Shown here: positions 29,678-39,490 of the stretch, piece after piece
How the letters are laid out: every line of letters begins with the position of its first letter
Position numbering within the stretch: position 1 is the stretch's first letter
From: Vulcanimicrobiota bacterium
GTDB lineage: Bacteria; Vulcanimicrobiota; Vulcanimicrobiia; Eremiobacterales; Eremiobacteraceae
Assembly (NCBI GenBank): GCA_963812135.1
Contig: CAWETU010000001.1
Location: 992,001-1,056,000, forward strand
Reading direction: 5' to 3'
Length of the DNA stretch: 64,000 nucleotides
The notes under the pieces: model-generated
The model's input: the letters and a program-made list of their open reading frames with translations, nothing else
The model's database searches: none
What the model was told of the DNA's origin: nothing
Translations under genes and position numbers: made by a program

Positions 29678-31027
29678 CTAGAACTTGAACCCGAGGCCGA
29701 CGTACGGACCGGAGTGGGTCTGGTTGATCGGCGCCGCGTTTTGCGCGACGTAGACATCGCCATCCCAACCAGCGTACAGATAGACCGGGAACTTCTTGCT
29801 GAACACGTAGTCCAAGCCGACATCGTAGGACTGCAGATGGTACTGCTGTCTGTATTGCACGTTGAAGTTCGGGCTGTTCGGATCGTTGACCGTGTAGTTC
29901 GCGGCCATGTTCGGATAGTAGAAGTACGATCCGTGCACCGTGAAGGTGTTGTCGAGATCCGGCAGCTTCTCCAAGCCGAAGCCGAAGCCGTTGAGCTTGG
30001 GATAGCCGTAGTTGGTGGATCCGCCTGCGTACGCCACGCCGACGTAGACGCGCGGGTTGAAGATCTTGTATTCAAGCCGACCTTCAGCCAGCGTTTGGCG
30101 CGCGTTGAATGGCGGCACGTAGCACTGGCCACCATCGATCGTGTTGAAGAACGTCGCCGGTGTGCCTGGCGTCGACGGATTCGGCGAGAGCGACGGGTTG
30201 CAGACGATCGGGCTCGCCGGGATCACGCCATTGGTCGTCGTCGTGTACTGGTCGCTGCGCAGCGACAGTTTGATCGCGAACGGATCGAACAGCAGCGCTC
30301 CGCCGTACTGGTAGCTGCCCGTAGACGTCTGCTGGGCCGCGAACTCGTTGGAGATGCGGTGGAAGACGTACGCGCCTTGCACGAAGCCGAGATAGCTTGG
30401 CGCGGCCGGAGCCGGCGTCGGCGTCGCGGTCGGTGCGGGCGTCGGGACTGGTGTCGGTGGCGCGGTCGGCGGCGGCGTCGGCACCGGCGTCGGCGGGATA
30501 TAACGCACGACGGTGATACGACGATCGGGCACCCACTGGACATATGCGCCGAGCGCTTCAGACATGACGCGCACCGGAACGACGAGCGAGCCCTTGTACA
30601 TCTCAGGCGGCACATCGAGCGGACGCGATTCGCCGTTGATGACGGCTTCGGTCTTGCCGAGCGTCACTTGGACCGACGCGCCGTCTTTCTTCGCTGTCGC
30701 GGTCTTGCTGGCCGCGTCGTACGATACCGTGGCGCCCATGGCTTCGAACATGCTGCGCAGCGGTACGAGGATCACGCCATTCTTCACCAACGCGGCGAGC
30801 GTGCGGTTCTGCTTCAGCTCGCTCGGGTTCGCGTAGACGTGGTGGTCATTATAAAGGATGGGAATTTCGCCGGATGGCGGCGAGCCGAAGTTCATCCCCA
30901 TCGCATCGGCCACCACCTGCGGGGCCACGACCGTGTCGTTGCCTTGGGCCAGGGTGGGCGAGGCCACGGCGAGCAGGCCGACGAGAGTCAGCGCCGCTAC
31001 CGCGAGACATGTGTAAACCTTCTTCAA
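29678..31027 (-). CDS. Stalk domain + Pro/Thr linker + predicted beta-barrel, copy 3
   Basis: Same architecture; AGGAGG RBS and TTG at 31027; C-term GPYVGLGFKF; near-identical to copy 2. Confidence 0.8.
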   Translation of the reverse strand: MKKVYTCLAVAALTLVGLLAVASPTLAQGNDTVVAPQVVADAMGMNFGSPPSGEIPILYNDHHVYANPSELKQNRTLAALVKNGVILVPLRSMFEAMGATVSYDAASKTATAKKDGASVQVTLGKTEAVINGESRPLDVPPEMYKGSLVVPVRVMSEALGAYVQWVPDRRITVVRYIPPTPVPTPPPTAPPTPVPTPAPTATPTPAPAAPSYLGFVQGAYVFHRISNEFAAQQTSTGSYQYGGALLFDPFAIKLSLRSDQYTTTTNGVIPASPIVCNPSLSPNPSTPGTPATFFNTIDGGQCYVPPFNARQTLAEGRLEYKIFNPRVYVGVAYAGGSTNYGYPKLNGFGFGLEKLPDLDNTFTVHGSYFYYPNMAANYTVNDPNSPNFNVQYRQQYHLQSYDVGLDYVFSKKFPVYLYAGWDGDVYVAQNAAPINQTHSGPYVGLGFKF

Positions 31028-31266
31028 GTCTTGTCCTCCTAGTGATGTGTCCACGATGGTCGGGGCCGTCGGGAAAGGGTGACGCTTGATCGTGCGGACC
31101 CGGACCCCCCATGCCTCATCCGCGTTCCCCCAGCCATTCCTCCTTTCCCGCCGTCAGTGCATCGTGTGTCGCTATGAAACGTATCTTTAATGCTTTTCAT
31201 GCTAGTAATACTTGCGTTCTGCGCTGAGGCGGACAGCCCGCACCGCAAAGCGAAACGCGTCCCACT

Positions 31267-32040
31267 ATGCCCGAAGTAACCGTGCGCGTCACATTGTTGG
31301 AGAAATCCCCGTCACCGACCGCCATGACCGCGACCGCCGCGCGCACGTGCTATTCCGCCAACGCGCCCGAAGCGATCGTCGAGCGCTGGCGCACCAAGCC
31401 CGACGACATGCGCAAGACCGTCGACCGCGTGCGGGCTGCCGGCCATCATTCGACGCTCGAGCACAACATCTACATCTTCGGCGTCACAGGTCTGTCTCGC
31501 GCCGCGACGCATCAGCTCGTGCGCCATCGCCATTTGCAGTTCGATCAGCAAAGCCAGCGCTATCTCGCGTTCAAGAACGCCGAGTTCCCGTTCGTCAAGC
31601 CGAAGAAGATCGCGTCGCTACCGGAAGTCTCCGAGCGCTTCGATCAACTGATGGCCGATGTGGGAAAGGCGTATCAAGCGTTGCTCGACGCCGGCATCCC
31701 GGGTGAAGACGCGCGCTTCGTGCTCCCGAACGCGACCGCGAGCCAGCTCGTCGTGTCGGGCAACGCGCGCGCATGGTACGAATTTTTGACGTTGCGCACG
31801 TGCAATATGGCGCAATGGGAGATCCGCGAGATGTCATTTCAGGTGTTGCGGATCTTGAAGCGCGAGGATCCCGATCTGTTCAAGGACGCCGGTGCGACAT
31901 GCGTGCGCGGATATTGCCACGAACCCGACGGCCCGAACTGTCCACGCTACGTCGCCGTGGCGAAGGCGCAGATAAAGGAAGCGGAAGCAGCCGGCCGGTG
32001 GCTTGAGTCTCGCGGGAAGAAGAACGGCACGTCCGAGTGA
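31267..32040 (+). CDS. thyX: FAD-dependent thymidylate synthase
   Basis: GHHSTLEH, SRAATHQLVRHR......SQRY, EDARFVLP and AQWEIR. Confidence 0.93.
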   Translation: MPEVTVRVTLLEKSPSPTAMTATAARTCYSANAPEAIVERWRTKPDDMRKTVDRVRAAGHHSTLEHNIYIFGVTGLSRAATHQLVRHRHLQFDQQSQRYLAFKNAEFPFVKPKKIASLPEVSERFDQLMADVGKAYQALLDAGIPGEDARFVLPNATASQLVVSGNARAWYEFLTLRTCNMAQWEIREMSFQVLRILKREDPDLFKDAGATCVRGYCHEPDGPNCPRYVAVAKAQIKEAEAAGRWLESRGKKNGTSE

Positions 32041-32046
32041 CCGCTG

Positions 32047-32196
32047 CTATGATGCGTCGCGCACCGCTGAATAGATAGTCTGAAAGGCCTTCGCGACCGC
32101 CTTGTCATCCCAGTCGCCGTTGTGATTGTCGAGCATCGACTCCGTCAATGAGGCGGCGATGCGCTTGAGCTCGATCGTTCGGTCTTCGGAATCCAT
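32047..32196 (-). CDS. Small hypothetical protein, 49 aa (below the ORF-track cutoff)
   Basis: GGAGG RBS 5 nt before ATG; MDSEDRTIELKRIAASLTESMLDNHNGDWDDKAVAKAFQTIYSAVRDAS*. Confidence 0.6.
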   Translation of the reverse strand: MDSEDRTIELKRIAASLTESMLDNHNGDWDDKAVAKAFQTIYSAVRDAS

Positions 32197-32208
32197 CTGA
32201 TCCTCCAT

Positions 32209-32248
32209 CGGTCGAATAATCTATCGGTCGAGTAAACCCGACCGCTAC
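32209..32248 (-). repeat. GTAG-type REP plus a partial copy; overlaps the TlpA-family gene stop
   Basis: cggtcgagtaaacccgaccgctac (32225-32248) and cggtcgaataa (32209-32219). Confidence 0.75.
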
Positions 32249-32784
32249 AGTATCTTTTGAAGGTTGTCGTCGAGGATATCCGCGCTCATCTCTCCGATGT
32301 GCACGGCGCGGAGCACGCCGTGGGCGTCGATGAACAGCGACATCGGGATCGCATGGCCGCCGTAGGCGTCGAACGCGGGGCCGCCATCGATGACGACCGG
32401 GTAGGTCACGCCATGTGTCTTGACAAACGCGCGGACCTGCGCCGCGTCTTCTTGCTGATCAACGCCGACGACGCGCAGCCCGCGCGAGTGCAGCTGCACG
32501 TAGCGCGACTGGAGGAGCGGCAGCTCGGCTTTGCACGGCACGCACCACGTCGCGAAGAAATTGACGACCAAGGGACCGCCCTGAAATGACTCGAGCGGCG
32601 TGCGAGCGCCGTCGAGCGTGACCAGCGGAACATCGGGCGCCGGCGCGCCGATCGTCGCGATGCCATAGCGGAGCCCCACGCCGTTTGTCCAGCGCCCGTA
32701 GTCCACGTAGAGCAAGGCGGCCGCGGCGCAGAACAGTACGATGACCGCCGCCCATCCGAGCCGTAACCGCATTTCGGGACTCAT
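32245..32784 (-). CDS. TlpA/ResA-family thiol-disulfide oxidoreductase, membrane anchored
   Basis: VVNFFATWCVPCKAELP; N-terminal TM. Confidence 0.9.
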   Translation of the reverse strand: MSPEMRLRLGWAAVIVLFCAAAALLYVDYGRWTNGVGLRYGIATIGAPAPDVPLVTLDGARTPLESFQGGPLVVNFFATWCVPCKAELPLLQSRYVQLHSRGLRVVGVDQQEDAAQVRAFVKTHGVTYPVVIDGGPAFDAYGGHAIPMSLFIDAHGVLRAVHIGEMSADILDDNLQKIL

Positions 32785-32915
32785 GGGATTCCCATTCAAC
32801 GCGTCGTATGCTGTTTCCGCGGCGAACATGGCGGGCGCGCTACGATAAGCTTTGTAACATAGATTATTGCGAATATGAAGGACTCACCCGCGCGGCGCCT
32901 GAAGCGCCGCCAGTC

Positions 32916-33371
32916 ATGGAATCATCCAAACGCAACGGAGCCCGCTCGGCAAGCGCCCAAGCGTGGCAGCTGATGATCGAGCTGTTCCAATCGCAGCGCC
33001 ATCATTTCGAACGAGCCGCTGCTGCGTTCGACCTGACCAAGCAACAGGCACACGCGCTGTACGTGCTTGGTAGCGAGGGTCCGCGGACCATGAGCGATCT
33101 GGCCGAAACGCTCGCCTGCGACGCATCGAGCGTCACCGGGCTCATCGATCGCCTCGAGGCGCGCGGGCTCGTGAGCCGGCACAGCGTGCCGAACGACCGT
33201 CGCATGCGGATGCTCGCCGTGACGCCCGCCGGCTCGCGGCTTCAACAGCGCTTTCGGACCCTCGTCTCGCAGCCGCCGCCCGCTTTGGCAGGTCTGCCCG
33301 ACGACGTGGCCCGCGGGTTGCGCGACGCGTTGACGCGCGTGCTCGACGCGAGCCGCTCGCACGCCTCGTGA
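32916..33371 (+). CDS. MarR family transcriptional regulator
   Basis: LAETL.CDASSVTGLIDRLEARGLV.R.....DRR.....T..G. Confidence 0.92.
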   Translation: MESSKRNGARSASAQAWQLMIELFQSQRHHFERAAAAFDLTKQQAHALYVLGSEGPRTMSDLAETLACDASSVTGLIDRLEARGLVSRHSVPNDRRMRMLAVTPAGSRLQQRFRTLVSQPPPALAGLPDDVARGLRDALTRVLDASRSHAS

Positions 33372-33496
33372 AAAGCGAAACACCGCGGCGCATGACGCAG
33401 TACGAGCTAGATGTAGAACCCGAGCGCAGCTCGGGTGTTGTCGCGAGCGGAGCTCACGACTATGGCAAGAGAAGGATAAGAGGTCTTAATCTTTTG

Positions 33497-34744
33497 ATGA
33501 ACAGTGCATTTCTCCGCGGTGCGGGAGCGTGCGCGATCGCCGCGTCGCTCGCCATGAGCCTCGGCGCATGCGCGGCCAAGCCCGCCCAGAACAAAGCCCC
33601 CCAAGGCTTGCCCGTATCGGTCCAGCCCGCAGGGCGCGGCGACATCACGGCGACATTCACCTTGACCGGCGTAGTCGCGCCGCGCCAGCAAGCGGTGCTC
33701 GCCTCGGTCGTTTCCGGCAACGTCCAAAACGTCTACGTCGCCCTCGGCAAACCGGTGACCGCAGGCGAGCTGCTGGTGAAGATCGACGACAGCACGCTTC
33801 AGGCGCAGGCGGCCGCGGCCGCGGCGCATCTCGCAAGCGTGCGCGCGAGCAACGTCGGCGGCGACGCGACCGCGCAGGCGAATCTGGTTTCGGCGAAGGT
33901 CGCGGCGGACAACGCCGACTCGAACCTCGCGCGCAACCAGTCGCTCTTCAAACAAGGCTACGTCTCGCGCACGGCGCTCGATCAGGCGCAGAGCCAAGCC
34001 GCGGCGGCCGATGCCGCATACCGCGCCGCGCAAGTCACCGCGCAGAACGCGAATCTGTCGCAGAGCGGCGGCAGCGCGCTCGCGGACATCGCCAACGCGC
34101 AAGCGGCGCTGTCCACGATCCAAGCGCAGATCGCGCAGACCAGCGTGACGGCACCGTTCGATGGCATCGTCACGCAGCGCAGCGTCGACCGCGGCGCGCT
34201 TGCGACCCCCGGCACGCCGCTGATCACGGTGTCGCAGCTCGATCCGGCCTGGATCAACGTCGGCATTCCCGACGACGACCTCGCCTACGTGCACAACGGC
34301 ACGCCGGTGACGATCACCGTCGACACGATTCCGGGCCGCACGTGGCGCGCATACGTCGATGTCGTCAACGCGGCGGCGTCATCGGGCACGCTGAGCTACC
34401 TGACGCACATCGTCGTACCAAATCGCGACTACACGTTGCGCGCCGGCATGGTCGCTAACGCGAACTTCCAGCAGGCGACCCATCACAACGTCGTGATCTT
34501 GCCGCGCGTCGCGTTGTACCAGACCGAATCGGGCAACGCGGTCTACATCGTGGTGGACGGCAAGGCGAAATCGGTGCCCGTGAAGACCGGCTTGCAAACC
34601 ACTGACAAAGTCGAAGTGACAGGCGTGGATCCCGGCGCGCAGGTGATCACGCAACGGCCAGACGCGTTGCAAGACGGCTCGATCGTGAGCATCGTTGGTT
34701 CTCAGGGGGGCACTACACAATCTTCCTCTCGAACTTCTCAGTAA
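33497..34744 (+). CDS. RND efflux periplasmic adaptor (MFP), lipoprotein
   Basis: Lipobox LGAC; lipoyl-like halves, coiled coil, APFDGIV and LRAGM. Confidence 0.9.
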   Translation: MNSAFLRGAGACAIAASLAMSLGACAAKPAQNKAPQGLPVSVQPAGRGDITATFTLTGVVAPRQQAVLASVVSGNVQNVYVALGKPVTAGELLVKIDDSTLQAQAAAAAAHLASVRASNVGGDATAQANLVSAKVAADNADSNLARNQSLFKQGYVSRTALDQAQSQAAAADAAYRAAQVTAQNANLSQSGGSALADIANAQAALSTIQAQIAQTSVTAPFDGIVTQRSVDRGALATPGTPLITVSQLDPAWINVGIPDDDLAYVHNGTPVTITVDTIPGRTWRAYVDVVNAAASSGTLSYLTHIVVPNRDYTLRAGMVANANFQQATHHNVVILPRVALYQTESGNAVYIVVDGKAKSVPVKTGLQTTDKVEVTGVDPGAQVITQRPDALQDGSIVSIVGSQGGTTQSSSRTSQ

Positions 34745-37700
34745 ATCGTCCGGTCGCGGTCATCATGGCGATGATCGCGATCGTGTTCCTCGGGTTCTAT
34801 GGCCTGGGCCAGCTCACGATCGACCTGCTGCCCAGGTTCTCGTTCCCGCTCGTCTTCTTGCAGGTGACGTATCCGAACGTCGCGCCCGAGGAGATGGAGA
34901 CGCTGGTGGTGCGGCCGATCGAGGACGCCGTGTCGCAGGTGCCCGGCATCCAACAAGTCACCTCGACATCGTTCGAGGGTTCGGCGACGGTGCGCGCGCA
35001 GTTCAACTTCGGCACCGACGTCGACACCGCGGCGACCGACATCCGCGAGCAGCTCGACCGCGCCAAGAACCGCTTCCCGAACGATCCAAACCTTTCGCCG
35101 ATCGGCATCTTCAAAGCCGACCCGACGCAGCTGCCCGTGCTGATCGTCGGACTCAATGACGCATCGCTGTCCGGGCCTCAGCTGGACGATCTCGTCCAGA
35201 ACACGCTCGTCCCGCAGCTCGAAGGCGTTGCAGGCGTCGCGTCGGCGGTTGAGACTGGCGGCATCACGCGCGAGATAAGGATCGAAGTCGACAACGATCG
35301 CCTCGCTGCGCTGGGCATCCCGCTCTCGACGGTGATCGACCGCGTCGCGCAGCAGAACGAGAACGTCGCCGGCGGCATCGGTCGCGAAGGCTCGACCGAA
35401 TACGAGATCCGCGTGACCGGACTGGTCAAGGATCCCAAGCAGTTCGAGCAGCTGGTGCTCGCCACGGCCAAAGACGGCACGCCGATCATGCTCGGAACGG
35501 TTGCCCGCGTGCTCGATACCGGCCAAGAACAGCGCATCATCGGACGCCTCAACAGCGTCCCCTCGGTTGGCGTGACGATCGCCAAGCAAAGCGATGCGAA
35601 CACGGTCCAAGTCGTGACCGCGCTGTACGCCAAGCTGAAGAGGTTCGAGAAGACCTATCCCGGCTTGCACTACGCGTCCATCTATGATCAGCACAACTAC
35701 ATCTCGGATTCGATCACCGCGTTGCAGCAGAACGCGCTGCTGGGCGCCTTGCTCGCCGTGCTCGTCATCTTGTTCTTCCTTCACAGCATCCGCAGCACGT
35801 TGGTCATCGCGCTCTCCATCCCGACCTCGGTCGGCGGCGCGTTCCTCGCGATGTATCTCGCCGGCTTCAGCCTCAACATCATGACGCTCGGAGGTCTGGC
35901 CCTTGCCGTCGGATTGATGGTGGACGACGCGATCGTCGTGCTCGAGAACATCTTCAGGCGCACGGAAGCCGGCGAAGACCAGATGACCGCGGCCAAGAAC
36001 GGCGCGGCGCAGATCTACGGCGCGGTCATGTCGTCGACCGTGACGGTGATGATCGTGTTCTTGCCGATGCTGCTCATAGGCGGCGTCGCGAGCAAGCTCT
36101 TCCAGCCGTTCGCGCTGGTCGTCGTGTTCGCCGTCGGCGTCTCGCTGCTAGTCGCGTTGAGCGTCGTGCCAATGCTCGCGGCGCGCTTCATCCATCGCAG
36201 CGACGTCGACGACTCGGTCTATGATCCCAACGCGAACCTCTTCGTGCGCGTTCAGGAATGGTTGTTCGTCCGGTTCGGCGCCGGCTACGATCGCCTGGAA
36301 GCGGTATATCGGCGCGTCTTGGCCTGGAGTCTGGATCACGGCCTGGCTGTCGCGGGCATCGCGGTGGCCGCGGTCGTTGTCGGCGTCTTGCTGCTCGCCA
36401 AGGCCGGTTTCGAGATCCTTCCGCCCGCGGTTTCCAACTATATCACCATCAACTACACGCTGCCCGCTGGCACCGCGCTGGCCGTCAACAACGCGTTCGC
36501 GCAAAAAGTGGAATCCGGATTGCGCGCCGACACCGACAACGTGCAGGACGTGTACGGCAACATCGGCACGGGCGGCACGTTCGTCGGCCTTGGCACTCGT
36601 GCGGTCACCAACCAGGGCCAGATCTTCGTCACGCTCAAGCCGTTCGGCCGCGGCAGCCCGCGGCGCGTCAAGACCGACGCCTATGTCATCAAATTGCGAA
36701 GCGACCTCAGTAAGATCCCCGGCGTGCAGGCATATCCCGTCGCCGTCGATATCGTGAGCCGTATCCTCTCGTTCGCCACCGGTGCGAGCCAAGGCGTGGC
36801 GGTGCAGCTGTACGGCCCCGATCTCACCACGCTCTCTGCGCTGTCGAAGTCGGCCGTCGAGTCGCTGCGCGGCCAGGTCCCAGGCCTGATCAACGTGCGC
36901 TCGTCGATCACCGATTCCTCGCCCGAGATGGACATCGTCGTCGACCGCAATCGCGCGGCGGAGCTGAACATCCCGCTCTCGACGATCGCCGATACGGTGG
37001 CCACCGCCACCAACGGCACGATCGCATCGCGTTTCGAGAGCGGTGGCGAGCAGTACAACATCAATGTGATGTTCCCCGAAGGCCAACGCAAGACGGTCAA
37101 TAACATCAACGACATCAACCTCATCGCGCCCAATGGCATGAGCATACCGCTTGCAGAGGTCGCGACGGTGGTCGTCGGCAAAGGCCCGAATCAGATCACG
37201 CGCCAGAACAAAGAGCGCTACGTCGAAGTGGACGCCGACGTGTTGGGCGCGCCGGTCGGCACCGTCACTCGACAAGTTCAGCAGCGGCTGCAAGCGTTTC
37301 CGCTGCCGCCCGGTTACCGCTGGGACTTCACGTCGGGCACGCAAGCGCAGACCGAGGCGTTTGGGTCGCTGTTCGTGGCGGTCGCGCTCGCCATCATCCT
37401 CATCTATATGCTGCTGGCGGCCAAGTACGAGAGCTTCTGGCAGCCGCTGGTCATTATGACGACGCTGCCGCTGGCGATCGTCGGCGTCGGCGTGGGGCTC
37501 GTCCTCTTCAACAAGTCCATCGGCCTGACGGCCATGATCGGCGTGCTCGCGCTCATCGGTATCGTGGTCAAAAACGCCATCTTGGTGGTGGAATTCACCA
37601 ACCAATTACGGGCACAAGGGAAAAGCGTGCGCGAAGCGCTGCTGGAGGCAGGACCGATCAGAATGCGCCCGATCTTGATGACGACGTCAGCCACATGCCT

Positions 37701-38001
37701 TGGCCTGCTGCCGCTCGGGCTCGGTCTCCAGCCGGGCAGCGAGACGCAAGCCCCGCTCGCCGCGGTCGTCATCGGCGGGCTGCTCACCTCGACGCTCCTG
37801 ACGCTATTGGTGATCCCAGTAACCTATCTGAATGGACAACGATTCATCAACTGGTACATGCGCACGCGGTTCGGCCGCGCGCTTGGCGATCTGTTCGGCG
37901 TCGCGCCGCCGGCTGAGCCGGCGTTTGTCGGCGCGACAGACGGACACGCCGAAGCGCTCGACGAGTTCGACGCGCCGCTACGAGAAAAGGAAAGGGTATG
38001 A
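34720..38001 (+). CDS. RND efflux permease (AcrB/SwrC-like); start probably ATC 34720 (first ATG 34765)
   Basis: FSVNRPV, IDLLP, GLMVDDAIVVLENI, GIVVKNAIL and RMRPILMT. Confidence 0.92.
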   Translation: MFLSNFSVNRPVAVIMAMIAIVFLGFYGLGQLTIDLLPRFSFPLVFLQVTYPNVAPEEMETLVVRPIEDAVSQVPGIQQVTSTSFEGSATVRAQFNFGTDVDTAATDIREQLDRAKNRFPNDPNLSPIGIFKADPTQLPVLIVGLNDASLSGPQLDDLVQNTLVPQLEGVAGVASAVETGGITREIRIEVDNDRLAALGIPLSTVIDRVAQQNENVAGGIGREGSTEYEIRVTGLVKDPKQFEQLVLATAKDGTPIMLGTVARVLDTGQEQRIIGRLNSVPSVGVTIAKQSDANTVQVVTALYAKLKRFEKTYPGLHYASIYDQHNYISDSITALQQNALLGALLAVLVILFFLHSIRSTLVIALSIPTSVGGAFLAMYLAGFSLNIMTLGGLALAVGLMVDDAIVVLENIFRRTEAGEDQMTAAKNGAAQIYGAVMSSTVTVMIVFLPMLLIGGVASKLFQPFALVVVFAVGVSLLVALSVVPMLAARFIHRSDVDDSVYDPNANLFVRVQEWLFVRFGAGYDRLEAVYRRVLAWSLDHGLAVAGIAVAAVVVGVLLLAKAGFEILPPAVSNYITINYTLPAGTALAVNNAFAQKVESGLRADTDNVQDVYGNIGTGGTFVGLGTRAVTNQGQIFVTLKPFGRGSPRRVKTDAYVIKLRSDLSKIPGVQAYPVAVDIVSRILSFATGASQGVAVQLYGPDLTTLSALSKSAVESLRGQVPGLINVRSSITDSSPEMDIVVDRNRAAELNIPLSTIADTVATATNGTIASRFESGGEQYNINVMFPEGQRKTVNNINDINLIAPNGMSIPLAEVATVVVGKGPNQITRQNKERYVEVDADVLGAPVGTVTRQVQQRLQAFPLPPGYRWDFTSGTQAQTEAFGSLFVAVALAIILIYMLLAAKYESFWQPLVIMTTLPLAIVGVGVGLVLFNKSIGLTAMIGVLALIGIVVKNAILVVEFTNQLRAQGKSVREALLEAGPIRMRPILMTTSATCLGLLPLGLGLQPGSETQAPLAAVVIGGLLTSTLLTLLVIPVTYLNGQRFINWYMRTRFGRALGDLFGVAPPAEPAFVGATDGHAEALDEFDAPLREKERV

Positions 38002-39479
38002 TCCGGTTCTTTACGATTCTGTGCTCCAGCGTCGTGCTCGCGTCGGCGTCGCCGGCGCTCGCCGCGCCCGCCCCGAAGGCAACGCCGACCCCAATACCGC
38101 TCGGCAACAGCACGCCATCGCCTGGCGCGCAGGCGACGCCGATCCCGCTTAACATCCCGACGGGCATCGCGACGTATCCGCCAGACACCTCGGGCCGCTA
38201 CGGCATCCCGAACACGGGCACGCCTGTGCCGCTCTCATTGCACGACGCGAAGATGATCGCGGTGAAGCAGTCGCCGCAATTGGCCCTCGCGCGCGCGGCA
38301 GCGGATCTCGCCGGCGCTCAGCTCGAGACGGCGAACAGCGCGGCATTCCCGAACATCTCCGCCTCCGGCAATACCGGTCGGCAGCGCGGCCAGAACCGCG
38401 CGGGCACCACGGTCGGCGGCATCACGCCGAACATCTTCACTTCGAACAGCGCCTCGATCGACATCAAGCAGCTCGTCTTCGACGGCGGCGCGACATACGC
38501 GCGCATGAGCCAGGCGAAGTTCAGCCGCGACGCCGCAGAGTTGAGCGCGTTGCGCCAGGTCGACACCGTGCTGTTCAACGTCTCGCAGTTCTACTACGCC
38601 GCGTTGCAGGCACGCTACACGTATCAGGTCGCGCTCGCGAACACGCAGCTCGCGCAGGTCCAGGAGAATCTGGTCGAGGCGCAATATCGCGCAGGCGTCG
38701 CATCGCGTGCCGACGTGCTCACGGCGCAGCTGCCGGTCGCGCAGGCACAGCTTGCCGAAGCGCAGGCAGCAAACGGTGAACAGTCGCAGGTCGCCTCGTT
38801 GCTCAACGCCATGGGGCTCTCATCGGATACGCCGGTCACGCTGACCGAGACGTTCGAGCAGTCCGCGCCGCCGCTGCCGCAGTACGCGACAGTGGAGGCG
38901 ATGGCGCTCGCGCGGCGTTCAGATCTGCTCGCCGCCAACGCGTCGCTGACCGCTGCGCAGCGCGGCGTGCGCGCGGCGCGGGCTGCGCGCTATCCGGTCA
39001 TCACGGCGAACGGCAGCATCGGCACGTCCACAACCAGTCAGGACAGCGCAGGCAACTTCGTGACCAACGGCGGCAACTGGACGGCCTCTTACTCGTTCGG
39101 TCTGGGAGTGACGCTGCCACTGTACGACAGCGGGCTGACCAACGGGCAGATCGCGGCGGCGCAAGCGCAGACCGAGACCGCAGCGGCCAACCTCGCGTCG
39201 ACGCAGCTCGGCGTTTCGCTGAGCGTGCGCCAAGCGTATCTGTCGGCGCAGACTGCCCTGCAACAAGTCCTGGCCGCGAAGGTGGAGCTCGACCAAGCGA
39301 CGACCGTGCTCGACGTCACGAACGCGCAATATAAAGCGGGCGTGACGACGCTGGTGTTGCTGCTCAACGCGCAGGTCGGGCTGACAAAAGCGCGGGGCGA
39401 TTACGTCAACGCGCTGTTCGGGCTGTTCACCGCGCAGCAGAACCTGTTCTTCGCGGAAGGCATCATCGCGAACAGATAG
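37998..39479 (+). CDS. TolC family outer membrane efflux protein
   Basis: Signal peptide; A..QSP.L, YRAGVAS..DVL.A, LPLYD.G and YKAG repeats. Confidence 0.85.
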   Translation: MIRFFTILCSSVVLASASPALAAPAPKATPTPIPLGNSTPSPGAQATPIPLNIPTGIATYPPDTSGRYGIPNTGTPVPLSLHDAKMIAVKQSPQLALARAAADLAGAQLETANSAAFPNISASGNTGRQRGQNRAGTTVGGITPNIFTSNSASIDIKQLVFDGGATYARMSQAKFSRDAAELSALRQVDTVLFNVSQFYYAALQARYTYQVALANTQLAQVQENLVEAQYRAGVASRADVLTAQLPVAQAQLAEAQAANGEQSQVASLLNAMGLSSDTPVTLTETFEQSAPPLPQYATVEAMALARRSDLLAANASLTAAQRGVRAARAARYPVITANGSIGTSTTSQDSAGNFVTNGGNWTASYSFGLGVTLPLYDSGLTNGQIAAAQAQTETAAANLASTQLGVSLSVRQAYLSAQTALQQVLAAKVELDQATTVLDVTNAQYKAGVTTLVLLLNAQVGLTKARGDYVNALFGLFTAQQNLFFAEGIIANR

Positions 39480-39490
39480 AAACGAGCCGC

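Noticed and set aside
31080..31160. c-di-AMP (ydaO) riboswitch suggested by GGGGGAAC
   Set aside because: The other ydaO motifs (GCUGAAUCC, CCCGUCAGCUAAC) are absent; kept only as an unnamed structured leader.
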